A stretch of 64,000 nucleotides of DNA, taken from positions 7,364,063-7,428,062 of the forward strand of contig NC_057751.1 in NCBI RefSeq assembly GCF_004010195.1, read 5' to 3'. Origin of the DNA: Chiloscyllium plagiosum. Lineage: Eukaryota. Positions 51,104-63,832 of the stretch are shown piece by piece; the first letter of the stretch is position 1, and each line of letters begins with the position of its first letter. A program made the position numbers and the translations under genes. The notes beneath the pieces are model-generated. The model was not told the DNA's origin and made no database searches. It was given only the letters and a program-made list of their open reading frames with translations.

Positions 51104-54100
51104 GTAAGTAGTCAAATCATTTGTCCTGCATCTTTTTCCTTTCAGCCCTGCGTGATGTGAGTGGTTCTGGTAGTTTTGAAGTGGAGTTCCCCATCTTGAG
51201 TTTGACTCCACTGAATTTGGATCGTGCCAGGGAACCACATAACCTGAAGTCCTGAATGATGTAACACATGACCATGGTTACAAGGTACAAGGGAGATGAT
51301 CAAAATTGAGAAGTATGAAAGTATTATGCTGAAAACCTGCTTTTACATGTGTGTCACCTTGGATACACCACCTTGTTTTCAAGATCAATCAGTTCCACAG
51401 GGGTATGTTTTCGCAGCTCATTGATTGGAGGAGGGCTGACTTGGTTTGAGTGTTTATTCGGCATAGTCGCTTATACATGCGAGTAAAAGACAGGACACAA
51501 ATCTTAAAAACATGAGACACTGATCCTGCAGAGGTTCAGTTCTCTGCCTTGCTGACAGAATTTGGTGCTTTGATTTAAGTTTTCTCTGCATGTAGGGCAC
51601 AAAATAACCTTTGGCACAAAAGCCATTATTGGAGTTTATCAAATCTTGCTGGGAGGAATAGAGGTATGAGTTTGCTGTTGGAGAAAATTCTAAGCTTGGT
51701 GTTCTTAATCATCCTTATCCATGCGACAACTGTGAACTTGGTGCATTTTGTCATTAGAAACATTTTCTGTCATGTTTGGCTGCTGCAGGACTGATGCTAC
51801 TCCAGCCTCTGTGAGTGAGTTGTTGGCTAACAATGTGAAAAGACACCAATTTATAGAGTGTAATTCTAAGGCAATCACCAGATCCCCAGTGGACCATACT
51901 TGGTAGCCATAAACTTGCTTCTCTAACTATATCTAAATCAGGAACTGTGGCAATCACTGCTTTTGAGAAACAAAAGTGCTTTTCCCAAACAGCAGACTGA
52001 ATATTAACAGTGCTGTGAATCCGTGAAAGATGATGTGTTTGCACACTATTTTGCTTTGGGTTTGTTTTTTCCCTGCTTGTGGAGTGCTTTGCTTCTCTTT
52101 GGACGAAAGCTCACCCAATTGTGTTACACATGAAATGTTTTGATTCTCCCACTCAAAAATGCAAATGTAAAATTGACACCAAGCTATTTCTGAATGGAGT
52201 TTTGTTTCCTTTTAAGCTTTTGGGCTCACTGCCCGTGTGGGGGGGGGGGAAAAACACAAGCTACTGTAATGTGTGGATTATGTTAACCAGCTGATTTGAG
52301 TCAGTGCTTTTGAATTTTGCAACAGGTAATGGAGGGTACCATGAAATTCAGGTGAATCATCAGCATGGTCTCTCTTCACTATCAGCTGACTTGCTGTCAG
52401 TTCAGCAAGCATTGCCGCTGAACTGATTGGATATGACTCATCGTCCCATTGTACTAGATATGAGCATCTCCACTTCATTCTAACCCAGCCCAAGTTGCTC
52501 CCATTATGCCTTGAAAATCTTCAACCTTGAAGATGTTCTGTGACTTCGCATCCACGACTTTGTGTGGTACAGGTTCAGGGTCAGACATTTCATCTTGTCC
52601 CTAAAGTAGCACAAGTGGAAATTGTGTACACCCAAATGAGTTAATGGAGGTTGGAAGAAAGAACACCATAACGGATTGAGATGAATGGCTCAGAATTTGG
52701 TTTGGGTCAGGATATAGTTTATAAGCTTACGTGACATGTAACAGTAGGAACAAGGGAAAAGAATGTGCGTTTGCACTCCAGATATAGCGAGAAGGTCTTT
52801 ATTTTTAAAGTGAAGATCACACCCTGGCCACCAGCAACCAGCCCATCCTCGGTGACCATAATGTTTTGTAGTTGAGTGCAGATGCCTATTTGTGATTTAC
52901 AAATTATAGGGAATCTCTGCCCATATTGGCTGAAACATCTACAATTATGAGTAAAGAATATAATTTCCTGTAAACTGAAATAGTATCATGATTTACACTA
53001 TGGTTGTCTTAGAGGGGCAAGCATTTGGCCTTAATTCATTTTGGCCAACTCAAGTTGGGATTTGTCTATTTTAGTTTTTAGATTTGGTGAGTAACCTTTT
53101 AAGTTGGGTTTCGTGATGCTTAGTCTTTCATACAGGATAAGTTGATGTTTTCTGTAATCTATAATTTCAAAGCCCTGTTGGAGTGCTTGGAGTTTGGTTG
53201 CACTGTAGAAGTTGGAAAATCTTTGCTAAGAAACATTGCCTTCTTTTAATCCTTTCAGCAAAGGATACAGCACAGAAAGTAGTTGTTCTATTGGAGCCAT
53301 TTGGGGGAGCACAAGCCTACTTTTAATGTTGTATTGTCTGGAAACCCCACTCATTGCCAGTCAATTTCTTGTTAAATCTTAAGCATCAGTCCTCAAGTTC
53401 AGTACATGAGCCATGATCTTAGCATTGGATGGGGCTTGAGGTTGTTGAAGAGTTTCCTGTTGATGTGACTGGAAAGTTGTTGTTTAAAATGCAGAAGAGG
53501 ACAAGATTATCCACTTAAAAAGACTTCTCCCCAGTAACATTGAAATGTGTTGCTATTATGAAGTCAACTGGGAATGCACATTTGAATGAACTGATGTGTA
53601 CTGTTAAGCATTGAACTGAAGCAACATCTGTGAGGGCGAATGTGGGGTTGAGGAGGAGAGGATAGATAGGCATTTGGGCCATTAAAAAAGATTTAGTCAC
53701 AGTTTTGATAGCAACCGTTACACAAAATGAGATTTGAGTTTTCCTTGGAGTGAAAGTTACCAACACGATTTGTGCTGATTGTCTGGCAGAGGTATAATAT
53801 CTGTTTCAGGAAAACCTGGGTCCTGTTGGAATTCACAGGATCCAAGTATTGAAGGAATCTTGAATAGGAGCCTTTGATTAGTTACTGTTGTCTCTGCCTT
53901 GAATTAAATGCTGGGCTTCAGGAGGGGAGGATCAGCTGGCTGTTTTAGTAATGGCTTATGTTGGTAGTGAGCAACTACTATGGAATAATATAATGGGATG
54001 CTCTCAGACAACCTGGTGAACAGTCCAGAGAAACCTGGACCAAAGATGTGACAATTCAGCAGCACCCCTAAATGTACAGATGGCGCCAAATATTTGCTGT

Positions 54101-54140
54101 TTTAAAGTTTATGATCACCTGATCTGTTTTTTTAAGAATA

Positions 54141-54465
54141 GATTAGATTCCCTACTGTATGGAAACAGGCCCTTCGGCCCAACAAGCCCACACCGACCTC
54201 CGAAGAGTAACCCACCCTGACGCATTCCCCTGCCCTTTTATACCCCTGACTTATGCACCAAACACTGGGCAATTTAGCATGGCCAGTTCACCTGACCTGC
54301 ACATCTTTGGATTGTGGGAGGAAACCGGAGCACCTGGAGGAAACCAACGCAGACACTGGGAGAATGTGCAAACTCCACACAGACAGTCGCCCGAGGCGGG
54401 AATCAAACCCGGGTCTCTGCCGCTGTGAGGCAGCAGTGCTAACCACTGAGCCATTATGCTGCCCC
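54141..54465 (-). mobile_element. HE1 (V-SINE)
   Basis: Same architecture. Confidence 0.92.
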
Positions 54466-54829
54466 AAGTGAGCACAGCAATGCTGACCATTTTGTTTCAC
54501 AAACACTGCTACCTTCACACTCCTGTTCAATGCTATCTGATTTCTTCGACATTAGTCCAAGAGTTACCACCAAGACATTAGAGTCCTGAAACCAGCAGCT
54601 AAAACTTGTGCTGACATCCGGTATTGGACTGGAAGCGCTCAGCTCAGCAGTTCCATCCAATGCAGGTGGTTGGCAAGCTTATCCTTGTCCTTCCTGCAAC
54701 AGCATGGACTGGCCCAGGGTCTTGCATCCCCCTCAATTACCCTCACATCTGTTTCCTGTTAGAGCAGACTGACATTCCCAGAAGTGGGAAGTGAATGAAA
54801 TAAAATGGCACTCTGCCTCTCACAGATGT

Positions 54830-57360
54830 CGGAGAAAGTGAGGACTGCAAATGCTGGAGATCAGAGCTTAAAAATGTGTTGCTGGAAAAGCGCAGCAGGT
54901 CAGGCAGCATCAAAGGAACAGGAGAATCTACGTTTAGGGCATGAGCCCTTCTTCAGGGATGAGGAGGGTGTGCCAAGCAGGCTAAGATAAAAGGTAGGGA
55001 GGAGGGACTTGGGGAGGGGTGTTGGGAATACGATAGGTGGAAGGAGGTTAAGGTGAGGGTGATAGGCTGGAGAGGGGGTGGGGGCAGAGAGGTNNNNNNN
55101 NNNNNTGTTCAGCCACGGGGCAGTTGGGTTGGTTGGTGCAGGTGTCCCAGAGGTGTTCTCTGAAACGTTCTGCAAGTAGGCGGCCTGTCTCCCCAATGTA
55201 GAGGCGGCCACATCGGGTGCAGCGGATGCAGTAAATGATGTGTGTGGAGGTACAGGTGAATTTCTGACGTATATGGAAGGATCCCTTGGGGCCTTGGAGG
55301 TAAATGAGGGGGGACGTGTGAGTGTAAGTTTTTCATTTCTTGCGGTTGCAGGGGAAGGTGCTGGGAGTGGAGGTTGGGTTGGTGGGGGTTGTGGATCTGA
55401 CCAGGGAGTCGCGGAGGGAGTGGTCTTTCCGGAAAGCTGATAGGGCTGGGGAGGGAAATATATCCTTGGTGGTGGAGTCTGTTTGGAGGTGGAGGAAATG
55501 ACGAAGGATGATACCTGGTATCTGGAGGTTGGTGGGGTGGTAGGTGAGGACCAGTGGGGTTCTGTCCTGCTGGCAATTGGAGTGGCAGGGTTCAAGGGCA
55601 GAGGAGCAGGAAGTGGAGGAGATGCGATGGAGAGCATCGTCAAGCACGTCTGAGGGGAAATTGCGGTCTTTGAAGGAGGCCATCTGGGTTGTTCGGTATT
55701 GGAATTGGTCCTCCTGGGAGCAGATGTGGCAAAGGCGAAGGAATTGGGAATATGGGATGGCGTTTTTACAGGGGGCAGGGTGGGAGGAGGTGTAATCTAG
55801 TTAGCTGTGGGAGTCAGTCGGTTTATAGTAAATGTCCGTGTTGAGTCAGTCGTCCGAGATAGAAATGGAGAGGTCTAGGAAGGGGAGGGAGGAGTCTGAG
55901 ACGGTCCAGGTAAATTTGAGGTCGGAGCGGAAGGTATTAGTAAAGTGGACGAACTGTTCAACCTCCTCGTGGGAGCACAAGGTAGCGCCGATGCAGTCAT
56001 CGATGTAGCGGAAGAAAAGGTGGGGTGTGGTGCCAGTGTAGCTGTGGAAGATGGACTGTTCCACATATCCGACGAAGAGGCAAGCATAGCTGGGGCCTAT
56101 GCGGGTGCCCATGGCTATTCCTTTGGTTTGGAGGAAGTGGGAGGATTGGAAAGAGAAGTTGTTCAGAGTGAGGACCAGTTCAGTCAGTCGAAGGAGGGTG
56201 TCAATGCAAGGGTACTGGTTGGTTCAGCGGGAAAGGAAGAAGCGGAGGGCTTTGAAGCTTTCGTGATGGGGGATGGAGATGTATAGGGACTGGATGTCCA
56301 TGCTGAAGATAAGGTGTTGGGGGCCGGGGAAGCGAAAATCATGGAGGAGGTGGAGGGCGTGGGTGCTGTCCCAAACGTAGGTGGGGAGTTTGTGGACTAA
56401 TGGGGACAGGACCGTGTCAAGGTATGCAGAAATGAGTTCGGTGGGGCAGGAGCAGGCTGAGACAGTGGGTCGGCCGGGGCAGTCAGGTTTGTGGATTTTG
56501 GGCAGGAGGTAGAAACGGGCATGCGGGGTTGGAGGCGGTGGATAAGAGATCCCCTGAGGTGATGAGGTTATGGATGGTCTGGGAGATTATGGTTTGGTCG
56601 GGTCATGGTCAAGGGGGCAATAGGAGGAGATGTCTGCGAGCTGGTGTTTAGCCTCAGCAATATAAAGATCGGTGCGCCAAACTACCACTGCGCCTCCCTT
56701 GTCTGCTGGTTTGATGGTGAGGTTGGGGTTGGAGTGGAGGGCTGCATGTTGCAAGGGTGAGAGGTTGGAGTCGGTGCATCCACTGCACCCGATGTGGCCT
56801 CCTATACATTGGGGAGACAGGCCGCCTACTTGCGGAACGTTTCAGAGGACACCTCTGGGACACCCGCACCAACCAACCCAAACGCCCCGTGGCTGAACAC
56901 TTTAAGTCCTCCTCTCACTCCGCCAAGGACATACAGGCCCTTGGCCGCCTCCATTGCCAGACCATGGCAACACGACGCCTGGAGGAAGAGCGCCTCATCT
57001 TCTGCCTAGGAACCCTCCAACCACAAGGGATGAATGCAGATTTCTCCAGTTTCCTCATTTCCCCTCCCCCCACCTTATCTCAGTCCCAACCCTCGGACTC
57101 TGCACCGCCTTCTTGACCTGCAATCTTCTTCCCGACCTCTCCGCCCCCATCCCCACTCCGGCCTATCACCCTCACCTTAACCTCCTCCCACCTATTGTAT
57201 TTCCAAATGCCCCTCCTCCCTACCTTTTATCTTAGTCTGCTTGGCACACCCTCCTCATTCCTGAAGTAGGCCTTATGCCCGAAACGTCGATTCTCCTCTT
57301 CCTTTGATGCTGGCTGACCTGCTGCGCTTTTCCACCAACACATTTTTAAGCTCTGATCTC
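54830..57360 (-). mobile_element. Penelope-like element (RT + GIY-YIG), 5'-truncated, with inverted 3'-end/pLTR copy at ~56770-57360 (+)
   Basis: Minus-strand RT motifs MGTRIGPSYACLFVGYVE...FRYIDD (55846-56112). GIY-YIG IHCTRCGLLYIGETGRLLAERF on + at 56770-57100, mirrored on - at ~55106-55240. pLTRs at both ends in inverted orientation. Stops and frameshifts present; N gap at ~55094-55105. Confidence 0.93.
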
Positions 57361-58514
57361 ATAGATGTAGGCAGTTTTTTTGGCTTGACTGAAAATCTTA
57401 GAGACATATGTCGGCGACTTGCTGCTTGTGTCTGGTTCCCCGAGGAAATCACTTAAATGTAGTAGCTACACTGATGCAGTACTAAAACCTGAATTGTTAG
57501 GCTTTCGTTCTTGTATGACCTGTTTTGACAGAGCGATAACTTTGTTATTCACTTGTTCTCAAAATTACCTGTACATATTCTATTAGCTTGTTTTTGAATT
57601 CCATTCCCTCCTGTCATGTACTGCAAAAAGTCCTTATCGTCCCCCTTTGCAATGCCGTTCCACACCAGAACCATGAACGAGCAAAATGCATGTCTTTCCA
57701 TGTCTTCTTTGATACTTCTGCAAAGAAACTAGGAGCTCGTCAGTAACTATCGAGCATGCTTACAGCTGATGTTTAAAGCGTTGGTCATTGGACTCACCTC
57801 TTAGCCTGAAAAATGCCCTACTATTATTGTGGCAGCAGCAACCTTCATTCCTCAGTGGTTCCTGTCAATGGTACTTCTGTGGTTTCGATTTGTGTTTAAG
57901 CATATATTAACCTTTGCTCGTCAAAGCTATTGAATGAAGAGTCAAAATCTGGCATGCAAAATTGTGGAAACTGTTTGGGCAGATAAAACACAAGTCACAT
58001 GGTAGGAACTGGTATGGACCATAATGCCAAGAGGGAGAGAAGGTCAGCAAGGTTGAACGTTCAAAAGGTATGAACAACAGTTCCTCGATGTGTTTGGAAA
58101 GCATAAGACTAAAAACAGCATGGCTTTTTGGTGTACCTGTTGCAAACAAATGCAAGTGAGTTCATCTCCGAATGAAGAGCAGACAGACTAGTTGCCCTGT
58201 TAACTTGAGGGTATCTGGGCAATGGTAATTGAGTTGTTTGTGTTAAGAGTACAAGCAGTATGCAGTCTAAAGCCAGCTGAACAAATGGCAGATGGAAATC
58301 ATCAATAAAACTCATGATATGAAGACTGTAGGTGGTAGTTAGTGATATGAGGAAGGAACAGTGTGTGGGAGAGAGTTTTTAGGAATGGAAATCATCAGCA
58401 GATCCCCTATCAATTCCAACATACAAGGAGCATTTGGAGGAGAAATCTCAGGAAGAATGTTGAGTGGTGGTGTTCACAACTGATTGAAGCCAGATGAACA
58501 GTTCAAATTGTCTG

Positions 58515-61500
58515 AAACATTTTGCAGAATGTGGGAGGTAAGGGTCACTACCAGTGTCACCATTGACTTCATTTGCAGGAAGTGCACCCAACGCCAGCTC
58601 CTCAAAAAAACCCATGTAATGGAGCTGGATGAACTTCGGATCATTCAGGAGGTGGAAGGGGTTATTGAGAGGAGTCGCACCTCAGGTACAAGAAAAAGGC
58701 AGATGGGTTTCAGTTAGGGGATGGAAAGGGAACCGGCAGACAGTGCAGGGATTCCCTGTGGCCATTCCCTCAATGACAAGTAAAACAATTTAGATACTGT
58801 TGTGGGGGGAACGATTTACCAGGGATAAGCCATGTGGTACAGGTCTCTGACACAGTCAATCCTTGTTGCTCAGAAGGGAAGCAGGGAGAAGAGCAGAGCA
58901 TTAGTCATTGGGGACTCCATAATTAGGGGGACAGATAGGTGGTTTTGTGGGAGCGAGTGTGTCATGGTTGATGTATGGCATTTCTAGTCAAGGACAGTAT
59001 TACAGTAGCAGTAAGGATATTTTGAGAACTCTTCTACATAGGTAGTATGAGCTGAGGTTTGAAACGAGCAAGGAGAAGGTCACCTTGTTGGGAGTTTTCT
59101 ACACACCTCCAAATAGCTTCAGAGATGTACAGGATAGGATGGCAAAGATGATTCTGGATAGAAGCGAGAGTAACAGGGTGGTTGTCATGGAGTCTTAAAC
59201 TTTCCAAATATTGACTGGAAATACTATAGTTCAAGTACTATAGATGAGTCAGTTTTTGTAAAATACGTGCAGGATGTTGACAGGCCAACAAGGGGCAAGG
59301 CCACATTGGATTTGGTACATGGTAATGAACCTGGCCAAGTGCTAGATTTGGAGGGAGGTAAGCATTTTGGTGATAGTGACCACAATTTAGTATGTTTACC
59401 TTTGCAATGGAAAGGGATAGATCTATAATGCAGGGCAAGAGTTACATCTAAGGGAGAGGCAATTATGATGTAATTAGGCAAGATTTAAGATGGATAGGAT
59501 GGGGAAGGAAACTGCAGGGGATGGGCACAATTGAAATGTTGAGCTTACTCAAGGAACCGCAACTGCAGGTCCTTGATAAGTATGTACCTGTCAGGCAGGG
59601 AGGATGTGGTCGAGCACAGGAGCTGTGGTTTACTCTTGTCAAGAGGAAGAAGAAGGCTTATGTGAGGATGAGAGGTGAAGGCTCAGTTAGGGTTGCAAGT
59701 TAGAGAGTTACAAGTTAGCCAGGGAAAACTTAGAGCTAAGAAAAGCCAGGAGGGGTCGTGAGAAGTCTTTGTCAGATAGGGTCACGGAAAACCATAAAGC
59801 TTTCTTTCGGTATACCAGGAATAAAAGAATGGCGTAATCTTTCTCTAGTCAATCGTGAACAGTGGGAAGTTGTGCGTGGAGTCCAAGGAGATCGGGGTAG
59901 CAGTAAATGAAGTCTTTTGCCAGTGTGAATACTGATGAAAAATAAAGTCGAGGAGAATACTGAGATACAGGCGACTTAGACTAGGTGGGGTGATGTTTGC
60001 AAGGAGGAAGTGTTAGCAATTCTGGAAAGTGTGAAAATGGATAAGTCCCCTGGGAGGGATTTATCCTAAGATTCTCTGGGAAGCCAGGGAGGAGATTGCA
60101 GAGCCTTTGGTTTTGATCTTTACATTGTCATTGTCTACAGGAATAGTACCAGCAGATTGAAGGGTAACAAATGTCGCCTTATTCAAGAAGGGGAGTAGAG
60201 ACAACCATGGTAATTATAGACAAGTGTGCCTTACTTCGTTTGTGGCAAAGTGTTGGAAAAGGTTATAAGAGATCACATTTCGAACCATTTGGAGAGGAAT
60301 AAGTTGATGAGGGATAGTCTTCACAGTTTGTGAAGTGTAGCTCACAAACCTTTGAGATGGTGATCAAACAGGTGGATGAGGGTAAAGCTGTTGATGTGGT
60401 GTACATGGATTTCAGTAAGATGTTTGATAACATTTCCCACGGTAGGCTATTGCACAAAATATTGAACAAGGCATGGGATTGAGGGCAATTTTAGCGGTTT
60501 GGATCAGAAATTGGCTCACTGAAAGTAGACAGAAGGGTGGTGGTTGATGGGAGATGCTCATCCTGAAGTTCAGTTACTGGTGGTGTGCCTCAAGGATCTG
60601 TTTTGGGGCCACTGCTGTTTGTCATTTTTATAAACGACCTGGATGAGGGCGAATAAGGCTGGATTAGTAAACTTGTGGATTACACTAAGGTCAGTGGAGT
60701 TGTGGATAGTGCTGAAGCATGTTGCACAGAGGGTCATAGATAAGCTGCAGAGCTGTGCTGAGAGGTGGCAAATGGAGTTTAATGCAGAAAAGTGTGAGGT
60801 GATTCTCTTTGGAAGGAGTAACAGGATTGCAAAGTCCTGGGCTAGTGGGAAGATTTTTGGTAGTGTCAATGAGCAGGGAGATCTCTGTGTCTATGTGCAT
60901 TGATCCCTGAACATTGCCATCTAGGTTGATGGGGTTGTTAAGAAGGCATATGGTGTGTTAGCTTTTATTGGTCGAGGGATTGAGTTTCAGAGCCATGAAG
61001 TCATGTTGCAGCTGTACAAAACTCTGGTATGGCTGCACTTTGGGTATTACATACCATTCTGGTCACCGCATTAAAGGAAGGATGTGGAAGCGTTAGAAAG
61101 GGTTCAGAGGAGATGTACAAGGATGTTGCCTGGAATGGAGGGAAAGGCTGGGAGACTTGAGGCTGTTTTCATGAGAGAAAAGATTGAGAGGTGACTTAGT
61201 TGAGACAAAGATGATGATCAGAGGGTTAAATAGGGTGGGCAATGAGAGCCTTTTTCCTCAGATGGTGATGGTTAGCATGAGAGAAGGTTGCTTGAAATTG
61301 AGGGGTGAAAGATCTAGGACCGATGTCAAAGGCAGTTTCTTGACTCAGTGGTAAGGGTCAAGAACACCTTGCCTGCAACAGTCGTAGACTCACCAACCTT
61401 AAGGGCATTTAAATAGTCATTGAATAAACATCCGGATGAAAATGGATTAGGGTAGGTTAGATGGGCTTCAGATTGGTTTCACAGGTCGGCGCAACATTGA

Positions 61501-61542
61501 GTGCTCAAGGGCTTGTACTGTGCTGTAATGTTCTGTGTTTTA
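58515..61542 (+). mobile_element. CR1 LINE, long decayed copy with ORF1 remnant, EN and RT
   Basis: ORF1 CRMW..FICRKC zinc finger and VIGDSIIRG esterase-like motif, followed by EN/RT segments homologous to 24409-26367, with many indels. Confidence 0.92.
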
Positions 61543-63344
61543 TAAAACTGACAAAGCAAGCAGTTCTGGAGGCGTCATGTGCAACTAATGCTTTCGTTTA
61601 GAATGACCAGAGTGGAAAACAAACCAGTCTACGTCCGTCATTGCGTTCATGTTACTGGGGTTGAGGGCCAAATTTGCTGTAAGCACTTGAGCATGTCTTG
61701 CTCCTTTCACAACATCTCATTGTTGAATTAACTCATGTTCTGATGCAACGTGTAATAGGATTTGTGCACTTAGTGAATCTAACATATGACAGCAGAAGAT
61801 CGTTGAGAGGATTGCCAGTGGTCTGCTGGCTTGAGGGTAAAGTGAACATTTATGACCTAACGAAGGAGTTAGTTTGGTGGACTGAGTAGAGCTAAGACTT
61901 GGACGTGATGGCAAGCCCAAACCTCAGTCCTGAGGATGACGAGGGGATAGCAAAGCTTTCCAAGCACTTGTTTGTACAGCAGTCTGAGCATTTGTAAAAT
62001 GGCAGGGGCCATGCTGTTTGTTTCTCTTGGTCAAAGGTTGCCACCTTGGATTTTCCAGGTAAGTATCTGAAAAGGTGATAAGGATGTGAAACCCTTAAGG
62101 ATCCAACAGATATATGGCAAAACTCCATTGACTATCATGTCCACTGTGGCATGCCTTAGCCTTCAGGTGCAGTATGCTGAATATGGTCCAGCCAAAAGGA
62201 TAGTTGCTCAAATAGCCAGTTCAGCATCTGGCCACTGGAGAACCAGTTTTAGATTGGAGTACAATCGAGTCTGAGCAAATTTGTGAGCATAATAAACAGT
62301 CAGATTGAAATTTTAAAAAGATGCACAGTATGTGCAGTTGTTTGAGGGAATTTAATATTTCCTTTTTCCATTATTGGAGTTTGGAGATTAATAATAAGGT
62401 GTAGAAATCTTCAATTTATTAAAACATACATCAATTCATGTTTTGTCTGTCATTTGGTTTTGTTCTGGTTTATGTGCAGTGAGCTGCTTTCCATTTAAGT
62501 CAGCACTGGGTCAGTTACAGCTTGTGTTTTGTGAGATATTAAAGGGTTAATTTGCTCTGCTGACTGCAGGACATTGGATCTTCCCGGGGTAGGGTGGTAT
62601 GCCTCTGACCACCAGGTGGAATGTAAGGAATTCACTTTACCATCTCTCTCCATTCAGAGCCATTTGCATCATCATCCCCGAGTCAGAATAAGAAGACTGC
62701 AGTTACCAAAGAATAAGAAGACTGCAGTTTACACCAGGTCTTGCCATTAAGCAATGATTTAATCACATTGTCTCAGGAAATGGTGTGATCACCACATTGT
62801 GTCTTGAGTGGCATGTGACTGTGGGAGAAATGGCTGGGGGTTGTCTTGTGGGCGTTACTGTAATATGAAACTTTTGTACTGTAGAAGGGAAGGATGTTTC
62901 TTTTGTTCAGGCATCTCTTGACATGGCTCTGCAAGCCCTGCGAAGTGTTAAGAGTTCCTTCAGAAAGCTTGAACTTAATAAAATTTTGGTGGTACACAGA
63001 AGTTGCCGTATTGCAGTTGCATCAAGTGTGTAAGAGTCTTGAAAAAGAACTTCACATGTGCAGTGTGCATTGGACACTGTTTCCATCAAACATTGCTGCA
63101 AATAAAATTTGGGATTATCTGGAAAGCTGAATTTGTTTCTGTCTCAAATACTACCAGGCACATATTAAGCAGGCTAAATGGAGTAAAATTCCCTTCGCAG
63201 GGAAGAGGGCTCTGCCTTGTCCCAAGGGTGAAATTTTCAGGGTCCTTTGTGTACAGTATAGTAGCATGCAGGCAAGATCAGTACCTGCGGTTTTGATCTG
63301 AAGCCATGAAGGTTTCCAATGTAGTCATGTTGGCTGCTCCTGAT

Positions 63345-63826
63345 AACCTTATGGTCTGCATCCCAGGATACTTAAGGAGGTGGCTCTAGAAATCCTGGAT
63401 GCATTGGTAATCATTTTCCAATGTTCAATAGATTAAGGATCAGTTCCAGCGGATGAAAGGATGACTAATGTTGTCCCAATTGTCAAGAAAGGAGGGAGAG
63501 AGAACAGGGAATTATAGACCAGTTAGGCTGATGTCAGTGGTGGGAAAGATGCTTGAGTCAATTATAAAAGATGAAGTTATGACTCACTTGGATAGTAGTA
63601 ACAGGATATGTCAGATTTACGAAGGGGAAATCGTGCTTGACTGATCTTACGGAATCTTTTGAGGATGTAACTACGAAGATGGACAAGGGAGAGTCAGTGG
63701 ATGTCGTGGACCTGGACTTTCAGAAAGACTTTGAAGTCCCACATGGGAGGTTAGTGAGCAAAATTAGGGCACATAGTATTTGGGGCAAAATACTGACTTG
63801 GACTGAAAATTGGCTGGCTGACAGGA
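63345..63826 (+). mobile_element. CR1 RT fragment interrupted by the PLE palindrome
   Basis: NYRPVRL, DKGESVDVVDLDFQKDFE.VPHGRL. Confidence 0.85.
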
Positions 63827-63832
63827 ATGGAA

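Noticed and set aside
55846..55848. In-frame TGA in the PLE RT as possible selenocysteine (Naiad-type)
   Set aside because: Best explained as CGA->TGA CpG decay; a TAA follows shortly after and the copy is otherwise decayed.
62617..62630. TGGAATGTAAGGAA equals the first 14 nt of miR-206
   Set aside because: The 3' end diverges and there is no complementary 5' arm.
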